From positions 1-64,000 of the IMG/VR virus record IMGVR_UViG_3300007512_000009: a DNA stretch of 64,000 nucleotides; one strand, written 5' to 3'. The notes under the pieces were generated by a model that was given only the letters and a program-made list of their open reading frames with translations, was not told the origin of the DNA and searched no databases. The position numbers and the translations under genes were made by a program. Shown here piece by piece: positions 1-7,438 of the stretch; the first letter of the stretch is position 1, and each line of letters opens with the position of its first letter. The stretch comes from a virus.

Positions 1-429
1 TTTAAACAATACTTAAGAGAAATAGACCTAAACCCAGAAGAACCACCGTTCGACCCAACGGAACTTCCAGGCTTTCCATACTTACCATATGACCCGATGG
101 TGCCACCAAATCCTTATATGCCGGCTCCTCTACCCGACCCGTCGCAACCTAACCTACCAACCACACCAGAGTACCCTGATTTACCAGAGTATCCTAATAA
201 TCCTTATTGGGACCCCGACCTATTCCCACAATGGCCCTTCCCACCAGAGTATGTTCCATCAGGGCGTTTGCCTGAACCACCGTGGATACCAAGCAGGAGA
301 GATAGTGATGGCGATGGTATTCCAGACTGGGACGACGTTGACCCTCTAGACCCTTTAAATCCTAGTTTAACACCAACAAACCCATTAGCCCCAGAATATG
401 ATGAAGATGAAGATAATGTTATCGTTTAA
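1..429 (+). CDS. Pro/Asp-rich low-complexity protein with capsid-targeting-like leader (5' partial)
   Basis: Frame 1 is open from base 1 (FKQYLREIDLNPEEPP...) into the 97..429 ORF, so the start lies just upstream of the window. Contains DSDGDGIPDWDDVDP, a Ca-binding-like loop. Confidence 0.75.
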   Translation, partial: FKQYLREIDLNPEEPPFDPTELPGFPYLPYDPMVPPNPYMPAPLPDPSQPNLPTTPEYPDLPEYPNNPYWDPDLFPQWPFPPEYVPSGRLPEPPWIPSRRDSDGDGIPDWDDVDPLDPLNPSLTPTNPLAPEYDEDEDNVIV

Positions 430-1168
430 GCAATACATCATAGAAGAGTTACCGACAAAGGAAATCAAAATTTCTGAGTTTCCTAATCCCCTATCTGCAC
501 GTCTAAAAGCAATCTTTCAAAAGAAGGGTGATATGGATGGTAGTCAGGGTGATGATGTGGTTAAAACCAAATCAAAAAGTTGGAAAGCAGGAAAACTTCG
601 CCCATCTCAATCAGCAATATATCTTGGTAAATCACTAGGAATGGCCGTTGGTGGTGTAAAAGGTGGAAATTTGGGTTCTATCGTTTCTAATGATAAACAC
701 ATTCTTGACGGTCATCACAGATGGGCAGCAACTATGCTATCAGAACCAACAGCAAAAATCGGAGGTATTGAAGCAAATCTAGGAATTGGTGATTTAGTTC
801 CTGTGCTTCGTGCGTTGGGTGATTCTATTGGTAATGCACGACGAGGTGAACCAACTGGTGGAGATATTAACATCTTTAAAGCAACAGTTAAAGATGCTAT
901 AGATGCTCTAACCACTGGTAAAAACATGGCCCCCCAGTTTTATAACAAAGAAAAATCACTTGCTTGGTTGGAATCAATTGGTGGAAAAGAAGGATTAGCA
1001 AAAAGACTTAAAGACCTACAAAGTCATAGACCACCAAAAGGTGCACCACCACGAATTGAAATGCCTGTTATTGATGCAGATAAAGGTGATGAGAAGTTAG
1101 CGGCTAAACTTCTAAGAAAAGGTAAACTGGATGTACGTGAACCGTATGCAAATGGGCAACAAGCATGA
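416..1168 (+). CDS. ParB/Sulfiredoxin-like domain protein with capsid-targeting-like leader
   Basis: Start moved to ATG at 416 (MLSFKQYIIEE). LRPSQ...IVSNDKHILDGHHRWAA matches the ParB/Srx DGHHR motif. Confidence 0.75.
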   Translation: MLSFKQYIIEELPTKEIKISEFPNPLSARLKAIFQKKGDMDGSQGDDVVKTKSKSWKAGKLRPSQSAIYLGKSLGMAVGGVKGGNLGSIVSNDKHILDGHHRWAATMLSEPTAKIGGIEANLGIGDLVPVLRALGDSIGNARRGEPTGGDINIFKATVKDAIDALTTGKNMAPQFYNKEKSLAWLESIGGKEGLAKRLKDLQSHRPPKGAPPRIEMPVIDADKGDEKLAAKLLRKGKLDVREPYANGQQA

Positions 1169-1911
1169 AATCATTCAAGCAATATCTTAAAGAATCGACA
1201 GTATTGATGGACTTAATCAATAAATACGATGACCCATTCAGTTTTCTTGCAGCCTCTATGGATGCTATTGCTAACGGTACTCTCAAACTAAAACAAAGAG
1301 GACTAGCAAACGCTCGTGAATTGATTGCCGCTTGGAATAAAGTAAAGAAAAGAAAAATCAAACTGAAAGAAGCAACCGAATACATCTTAGAAAGAAGACA
1401 AGATTTAGTAAAGGGTTGGACATTTAAAAACAAGATTGCTACATCCACCACCGACTATAACTATTATCACATCCAACATATAATTAAAGAACCTAAAAAA
1501 TTTGGTTTAGATAAAAAGAAAATATTAAAAATTATTGAAGATAGTGCTAAGAATATGAGTGTACCAAACATCGAAGCATATGTAGAAGACCAATACGAAT
1601 CCCTTGGGAATGGTATTGTGGACAATGATGTATACATCGAAGAATACCTGAAGAAAAAAGGTTATTGTATGTTTGTCGTTGATAAGACACACGGTAGTGT
1701 TGAAGGATGGGATGAAAAATCTTGCAAAATGGGTGCAAAGGCTGTAGACGATAATTACCTACCATACGAAAGAGATGGATTCAAGTTGTTTGAAATTAAA
1801 CCTGTAAAGGGTAGACCTAAATACATCACCAACAAACTAGACTGGAATGACTTCGTAGAAGGTAAAAAAGCAAAACGAAAGTATGTTTCACCAATGGCAC
1901 AATTCAGATGA
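1165..1911 (+). CDS. Hypothetical protein, putative head-internal protein
   Basis: 248 aa. Leader MKSFKQYLKE, second LKE site near aa 68, ATGA overlap with the upstream gene. Confidence 0.75.
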   Translation: MKSFKQYLKESTVLMDLINKYDDPFSFLAASMDAIANGTLKLKQRGLANARELIAAWNKVKKRKIKLKEATEYILERRQDLVKGWTFKNKIATSTTDYNYYHIQHIIKEPKKFGLDKKKILKIIEDSAKNMSVPNIEAYVEDQYESLGNGIVDNDVYIEEYLKKKGYCMFVVDKTHGSVEGWDEKSCKMGAKAVDDNYLPYERDGFKLFEIKPVKGRPKYITNKLDWNDFVEGKKAKRKYVSPMAQFR

Positions 1912-2357
1912 TTTCATTTAAACAATATGTCGTAGAGTTATTCGAAAAACCATACAAGTGGAAAAAGAAAAAAGATGATGATATAGAAGCAGTGTATCAA
2001 TCAGCAACAAGTTCGAAAGATATAATAAAGGTTATATTTTCAAAGGGGTGGTCAAGAGGAATTGATAACTTGTTATTTACAGTTGGCGGTGACACCGATA
2101 CCACTGGTGGTGGTGATGCATTCAGAATAATGTCAACCGTGTTGGATATTATTAAGGACTATATTAAAAACAATGACCCAGAAGGGATAAAGTTCGCCGC
2201 AAATAAGGACGAACTCTTTGGTCAAGACTCTGAAAAAACACAAAGTCGAGAGAAACTTTATAATAAAATGATTGAACGGTTTGCTAAAAAGGCAGGATAT
2301 AAGGTGCATGCGGATAAACATAAGTACGGTACACAGTATAAGTTGACCAAAAAATGA
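1908..2357 (+). CDS. Hypothetical protein, paralogue family A (GxGxA..STV...F.A...R.KLY)
   Basis: Leader MISFKQYVVELFEKPYKW. Motif GGGDAFRIMSTVLDIIKDY...SREKLYNKMIERF. Confidence 0.8.
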   Translation: MISFKQYVVELFEKPYKWKKKKDDDIEAVYQSATSSKDIIKVIFSKGWSRGIDNLLFTVGGDTDTTGGGDAFRIMSTVLDIIKDYIKNNDPEGIKFAANKDELFGQDSEKTQSREKLYNKMIERFAKKAGYKVHADKHKYGTQYKLTKK

Positions 2358-2824
2358 TTTCATTTAAGCAATACATCACAGAGTTATTCGACAATCCACT
2401 GAAATGGAAAGAGTTTATCAAATCACCGAGAGCAAGAAAAGCAGAGTTTCGTGTAGGTGACTTTGGATATATTATCACTATTGAAATAGGTGACAAAGGA
2501 ATAGCACAACGAATGGGCGAAAAAGTGGCAGCATCAATTGAGTTTGGACTTGCAGATGAAAAAGGTGTATCAAAAGACGGTAGACAAAATAAACACAAAA
2601 TCTTAAACACAGGCAATGCAGGTTTAGTATTCTCTACAGTCATTGATTATGCAAAATATGTTATCAAACAAGAAGGTATCGGTAAGGTCATATTCACTGG
2701 ATGGGAGCCGTCACGACAAAAGTTATATTGGAAGTTGATGAAACGATTTTCGGGAAGCATTTTTAAGGGTGGTGTCGAACGAAAAGGTTCACGGTTCGTT
2801 GGACATATAGACAAGATAAAATAA
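2354..2824 (+). CDS. Hypothetical protein, paralogue family A
   Basis: Leader MISFKQYITELFDNPLKW. Motif TGNAGLVFSTVIDYAKY...SRQKLYWKLMKRF. Confidence 0.8.
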   Translation: MISFKQYITELFDNPLKWKEFIKSPRARKAEFRVGDFGYIITIEIGDKGIAQRMGEKVAASIEFGLADEKGVSKDGRQNKHKILNTGNAGLVFSTVIDYAKYVIKQEGIGKVIFTGWEPSRQKLYWKLMKRFSGSIFKGGVERKGSRFVGHIDKIK

Positions 2825-3180
2825 TGAAATCATTTAAAGAATTTGTTAACGAACATTATGATGAATACGGTATTCCAATGGATGGTGGATTGAACCATGA
2901 CCATGATGGTATGGGACCACATAGTCATCCATGGGATGCACCGTTTGATTACGATAATTGGCCTCCATTAGAAGATTGGGAGAAGGAATGGGACCCAGAT
3001 GACCAAGACGGTGATGGGAAAAAAAATTGGGAAGACGATGATTATGTTCCACCAATTCCATGGGACGAAAACAATCCAGACCACCCAGATTATGTTCCTC
3101 CAGGCCCCGTTGGACCATTTTACCCAAACGCCCCTTTATACCCAAGCGACCCACCACAAGACCCACATTGGATAGTTTAA
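2824..3180 (+). CDS. Pro/Asp/Trp-rich peptide with capsid-targeting-like leader
   Basis: Leader MKSFKEFVNE. DQDGDGKKNWEDDD loop. Confidence 0.75.
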   Translation: MKSFKEFVNEHYDEYGIPMDGGLNHDHDGMGPHSHPWDAPFDYDNWPPLEDWEKEWDPDDQDGDGKKNWEDDDYVPPIPWDENNPDHPDYVPPGPVGPFYPNAPLYPSDPPQDPHWIV

Positions 3181-3181
3181 C

Positions 3182-3616
3182 ATGGGTTTATTTTCTTCAC
3201 CATCTGAAATCGACATACAGTATGAAAACGACACTGATATAAGAGGTACATTTAAAGCAGGTGATACCGACTATAAAGTGTGGGGTAGACACAACTACCT
3301 AATGAGCGGAACTAGTTTGGGTGAGAATGTGTGGGAAATGTTTTTCGCTATGTGTGAAGATGATGACAAAATTTATGGTTTGCATGACACCAAACCAAAC
3401 GGTGCAGGAAATGCAGCCAAGGTGTTTGCAACGGTGATTGAATTCATGAGATATGTAAATAAAAAACATCAACCAAGCGATTTTGTTTTCTCTGCAAAAG
3501 ATGAAAAGCAACAAAGAATATACCTAAAGTTGATTGAAAGATATCAAAAACTTGGGGAAATAAATAACATATCCACCTCTGAAAAAGGAAACATAATTAA
3601 ATTTGAAGTCGTTTAA
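3182..3616 (+). CDS. Hypothetical protein, paralogue family A (no leader)
   Basis: Motif GAGNAAKVFATVIEFMRY...FSAKDEKQQRIYLKLIERY. Confidence 0.75.
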   Translation: MGLFSSPSEIDIQYENDTDIRGTFKAGDTDYKVWGRHNYLMSGTSLGENVWEMFFAMCEDDDKIYGLHDTKPNGAGNAAKVFATVIEFMRYVNKKHQPSDFVFSAKDEKQQRIYLKLIERYQKLGEINNISTSEKGNIIKFEVV

Positions 3617-4805
3617 GCAATACATCTTAACAGAATCCAAAAATACACACCTAGAGCATCTTGAAGATGAAATCTGGAATGCGGGTTCTGCTGGCGCTGA
3701 CAACGCTATCAAATTTTTAAAAGGTGTATCAGACATGCTTACCAGCAATGTCAGTTCGTCCCACAATGTTACGGTTAAGTGGGATGGTGCACCTGCTATT
3801 ATTGCAGGAGTAAACCCAGAAAACAATAAATTCTTTGTTGGAACAAAAAGTGTATTTAATAAGGGTACACCAAAGATTAACTACACTAGTAGGGATGTTG
3901 ATAAAAACCACAGTGGTGACCTTGCTGTTAAGTTGAAAATTGCTCTAAATGAACTACCTAAAATTGGAATAAAGGGTGTGCTTCAGGGTGATTTTATGTT
4001 TGACTCCAGTAGTCTGGGTTCTATGAAAATGGACGGTAAAAGTCATACTACTTTCACACCCAACACCATAACTTACGCAGTGGAAGATGGTAGTCCTCAG
4101 TCTAAAGCAATTAAAGGTGCTAAAATGGGTATAGTATTTCACACTGAATACAAAGGTAAAATACTTGCTGACATGAAAGCATCATTCAGACCGAACATCA
4201 AAAAACTTAAAAAGACCAAAGCGGTATGGTTCAGAGATGCTGATTTTAAAGACGAAAGCGGTGCATCTACTTTAACTACTGGTGAAAAAAAATCTGTCGA
4301 TAAAGCAATCGAGAATGCATCTAGTAAACTAAGTAAGGCATCGGGATTTATTGATAACCTCCAAAGGGACATAACACCTAAAATAAAGACTTATGTAAAC
4401 AGTACGATTAAGAACGGTTTGTCCAATTCCGATTATAAAGGTTTCGTGTCTTATATAACTGACCAGTTTGACACAGCCATTAGTAAACTAAAGACAGACA
4501 GAGGCAAAGAGAATAAATCCAAAAATCGTGATGATGCTCTAAAATATCTTAAGACCAATAAATCGGGTCTTACCTCCCTGTTTGATTTACACAAATCATT
4601 GAGTGTAGCAAAAATGATGTTGATAAAAAAACTCGAAAAAATAGGTGGTATTGGTACATTTATTAGAACGGATGACGGATTCAAAGCAACAGCACCAGAG
4701 GGATTTGTGGCTGTTGATGATACAGGAAAAGCCTTAAAATTAGTGGATAGACTTGAATTTAGTCGGGCCAATTTTACGGTTGCAAAAAACTGGGTTAAGG
4801 GCTAA
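3603..4805 (+). CDS. ATP-dependent ligase-fold nucleotidyltransferase (RNA-ligase-like; resembles the DUF6267-type protein of marine T4-like phages)
   Basis: TTG start, leader MKSFKQYILTE. KNTHLEHLED N-terminus; motif I VKWDG, motif III LQGDF, motif IV EGFVA, motif V LKLVDR. Confidence 0.7.
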   Translation: MKSFKQYILTESKNTHLEHLEDEIWNAGSAGADNAIKFLKGVSDMLTSNVSSSHNVTVKWDGAPAIIAGVNPENNKFFVGTKSVFNKGTPKINYTSRDVDKNHSGDLAVKLKIALNELPKIGIKGVLQGDFMFDSSSLGSMKMDGKSHTTFTPNTITYAVEDGSPQSKAIKGAKMGIVFHTEYKGKILADMKASFRPNIKKLKKTKAVWFRDADFKDESGASTLTTGEKKSVDKAIENASSKLSKASGFIDNLQRDITPKIKTYVNSTIKNGLSNSDYKGFVSYITDQFDTAISKLKTDRGKENKSKNRDDALKYLKTNKSGLTSLFDLHKSLSVAKMMLIKKLEKIGGIGTFIRTDDGFKATAPEGFVAVDDTGKALKLVDRLEFSRANFTVAKNWVKG

Positions 4806-4811
4806 GACTGT

Positions 4812-4819
4812 TATAAATA
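4812..4819 (+). promoter_or_regulatory. T4-type late promoter TATAAATA
   Basis: Exact octamer in the intergenic gap upstream of the ORF at 4864. Confidence 0.75.
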
Positions 4820-4863
4820 TATTGAATTTTTATCTTTTACAAACAACAACGAGGGAAATAAAA

Positions 4864-5064
4864 ATGGCTAGTAAAGAATGGGTAAGGTTTAATGAAGACG
4901 CAAAAGCAAAACAACATAGAACAGTACATGTTGAAAAATATGGTGGTGAATTTGTCTATCGTGGTAACAGCAGAGGCTGGCACTGGGTAAACGGTACTTC
5001 AACACCAAAACCTGAAGTTGCATCATTTAGCAAAAAGAAAAAAACAACAACAAAGCAAAAATAA
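4864..5064 (+). CDS. Small basic hypothetical protein
   Basis: Start moved to ATG at 4864 behind a GAGG RBS. 66 aa, Lys-rich tail. Confidence 0.7.
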   Translation: MASKEWVRFNEDAKAKQHRTVHVEKYGGEFVYRGNSRGWHWVNGTSTPKPEVASFSKKKKTTTKQK

Positions 5065-5405
5065 TGAGCAATAGGGTTGATTATCTTAGAGAACGTGTGA
5101 TACGTAACATTATTGATAATGTTGTATTAAGCGAGGCGCCCGGCTCACCTGCTGTTGGTGGCGATGGTGGTGGTGGTACTAAATCAGGCGGCGGTGACAG
5201 TTATTTTACTGGAGGAGTTGCTGGGATGGAATTGGATAATGTTTTCTTTCCAACGGCAGATGTTATGAAACAAAAAATACAACAACCACAGTTTAATAAA
5301 GCACAACAATTATGGTTTATGAATAACTGGCAAAAATTACCACGTAATATCCAAGCACAAATGTTAAATTTATTAAAAAAGAAGAAGAAAAGATATGAAT
5401 ATTAA
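5064..5405 (+). CDS. Hypothetical protein
   Basis: 113 aa, coupled to its neighbours. Leader ends VVLSE, followed by a Gly-rich linker. Confidence 0.7.
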   Translation: MSNRVDYLRERVIRNIIDNVVLSEAPGSPAVGGDGGGGTKSGGGDSYFTGGVAGMELDNVFFPTADVMKQKIQQPQFNKAQQLWFMNNWQKLPRNIQAQMLNLLKKKKKRYEY

Positions 5406-6327
5406 TTTTGAACAGTTTGACCCACTTGATAGAAAATCAAAGTCTACCATTATTAATGAGCAAAGAAAAAGAATGCCTAGAGGTGATATGCTTCAAAAGA
5501 TTATGAGTATGATAAACCAAGGTAAAAAAAAGAAAAGAGGCCCGCAACCTCAGGGAGCAGAACGCTCTATGATGCCTGGTGGTATGGATGACCTTGGTGG
5601 ATTGATGGGTATGATGCAAGGTCAGCAAAAACCTGGCCAAATGCCCCCAGAGATGGATATGTGGGATGCTTACTCTGGTAAAAAACAAAAATTCATGACA
5701 AAAAATGCTGAAGAAGGAAAGCCTGGACTAGAATCTTCAAGAGATATTAATGGTAACATCATGAAAGGTTACATGGATGCAGCCGCCTCAATGAGAATTT
5801 CACAACCCTCTGGTGGTAATGACCCAACTAAATTTAATGTTCCTCATGGGTCGGGTAGTGACCCAAGGATGGTTCGTGGATTATCACCAGAAGATTTACC
5901 ATTACAAATGGATTATAAACAATTAGACCAAATAAAGAAACCGTCATTAGAAGCAGGAATGAAAGACCCTCAGGTTGCCGCACCACATCAAACGCCTGGC
6001 GCACCTGTTGATATTCCAGATGGTATGGGTGGTACTGACCAACAAAAATCGCAAGCAATGAAAGGGGCCGCATTCTTTGGTGGTAAACCAGAAATGCCTG
6101 AACCACAACAAGGTGGAATGCCTGGCGGTGGTGGTGACATGGGTAGCATGATGCAACAAATGATGGGTGGTGGTCAACCTCAAGGTGGTGGTCAACCTCA
6201 AGGAATGCCTCCAATGCCGAAGATGGGTGGAAAAGAAGGTCAAGCACCAGACATGATACAAAAACTAATGTCAGACCCAAAAATCAAAAAATTTTTGCAA
6301 AAATTAATGCAAGGTATGAAAAAATAA
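5395..6327 (+). CDS. Gly/Met/Gln/Pro-rich, probably disordered protein
   Basis: 310 aa, low complexity. Includes an 18-bp duplication (GGGQPQ x2) at 6166-6201. Confidence 0.75.
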   Translation: MNINFEQFDPLDRKSKSTIINEQRKRMPRGDMLQKIMSMINQGKKKKRGPQPQGAERSMMPGGMDDLGGLMGMMQGQQKPGQMPPEMDMWDAYSGKKQKFMTKNAEEGKPGLESSRDINGNIMKGYMDAAASMRISQPSGGNDPTKFNVPHGSGSDPRMVRGLSPEDLPLQMDYKQLDQIKKPSLEAGMKDPQVAAPHQTPGAPVDIPDGMGGTDQQKSQAMKGAAFFGGKPEMPEPQQGGMPGGGGDMGSMMQQMMGGGQPQGGGQPQGMPPMPKMGGKEGQAPDMIQKLMSDPKIKKFLQKLMQGMKK

Positions 6328-6328
6328 A

Positions 6329-6853
6329 ATGTCACTACAGAATAAAATATATCTACAAAGAATAATTCAGAATCTAAATGAGGCGAATTGGTTATCACCC
6401 ACCCCACCCCAACAGTCACCATGGCCACCAGAAACACCAGCCGAAGAAAACCCTTTTCAAGAATATTGGCCATTAAGACCACCCAAAAAAGTACCACATA
6501 GACCCGATTTTACCCCACATGATGAAATTCCAGGCGGGGCTGGTGGTGGAATGTCAGAAAAACAATTATTAAAACTTATCTGGTGGTTAATACATCAAAA
6601 GACTAGTTTGCTGGATGATAATTTTCTGGGTAGATTGTATTTAGGTCTACCAGAACCACCTAGTGATGCATGTAGGGCTGACCCCGTTTGTTATCAAGAA
6701 TACCTTGATGCATTATGGGCTTGGTTAGAAGATGCACTAGGTGACGCATTACAGGACTATTGGGATGAATATCAAGACTGGCTTGAAGACCATCCAGGCA
6801 GTAGTTTTTGGGATTGGTTACTCGCAATAGATTGGGGTCAGATGTTCTACTAA
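6329..6853 (+). CDS. Pro/Trp-rich hypothetical protein with leader type 2
   Basis: Leader MSLQNKIYLQRIIQNLNE, shared with the ORF at 15035. Confidence 0.75.
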   Translation: MSLQNKIYLQRIIQNLNEANWLSPTPPQQSPWPPETPAEENPFQEYWPLRPPKKVPHRPDFTPHDEIPGGAGGGMSEKQLLKLIWWLIHQKTSLLDDNFLGRLYLGLPEPPSDACRADPVCYQEYLDALWAWLEDALGDALQDYWDEYQDWLEDHPGSSFWDWLLAIDWGQMFY

Positions 6854-7254
6854 TGTCTGACCATAATAAAGAAATACGAAATTTAACGGAATCCGTTAAT
6901 AACCTATATGAACAAGGTGGATGGCCTGGTGGTAGCGGTCAAATTGGAAGGTCTTTATGGCATTTGTTTTTATGGTGGCAATTCCAGAGGCGGATGCAAA
7001 AAATACTTGATGGAGGCGGGCTTAAGGGCTGGGCTCTTCGTATCTTCATGATGGGCTGTGACATGGGATGTTTATTTCAGATGTGGTTAGATGCAGGACA
7101 ACCTAGCAACTTTGAAGAATGGTTAGAAAGCCTAACGAATCCTTCTGATGATGATGATGTTACCCCTGATGACGGTGGTGGTGGTGGAACTGATACTAAA
7201 CCCCCACCCCCCATAGAATATCCAAAGAATTGGCCACCACCAATGCGGGCATAA
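6853..7254 (+). CDS. Trp/Gly/Pro-rich hypothetical protein
   Basis: Start moved to ATG at 6853 (TAATG overlap). Leader MSDHNKEIRNLTESVNNLYE. Confidence 0.7.
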   Translation: MSDHNKEIRNLTESVNNLYEQGGWPGGSGQIGRSLWHLFLWWQFQRRMQKILDGGGLKGWALRIFMMGCDMGCLFQMWLDAGQPSNFEEWLESLTNPSDDDDVTPDDGGGGGTDTKPPPPIEYPKNWPPPMRA

Positions 7255-7262
7255 TATAAATA
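7255..7262 (+). promoter_or_regulatory. T4-type late promoter TATAAATA
   Basis: Exact octamer directly after the stop codon at 7254. Confidence 0.7.
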
Positions 7263-7281
7263 ATAATAAAGGAGAAACGTT

Positions 7282-7425
7282 ATGATAGAAACAACAACAA
7301 TGTTAGCAAGTGCAGAAGGTTTTGTAGGAACTATTTGGTTCACAGCCTTGGTATTCATTGCGGGCGCATTTATTGGTGCACCAATGTGGAACTGGGTTAA
7401 AGCAAAATTCCCTTGGAATCAATAA
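7282..7425 (+). CDS. 47-aa single-pass membrane peptide (not in ORF track)
   Basis: AAGGAG RBS. MIETTTMLASAEGFVGTIWFTALVFIAGAFIGAPMWNWVKAKFPWNQ. Confidence 0.7.
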   Translation: MIETTTMLASAEGFVGTIWFTALVFIAGAFIGAPMWNWVKAKFPWNQ

Positions 7426-7438
7426 TAAGTAAAAATAG

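Noticed and set aside
6166-6201. 18-bp tandem duplication
   Set aside because: In-frame coding micro-repeat (GGGQPQ x2) inside a low-complexity protein.
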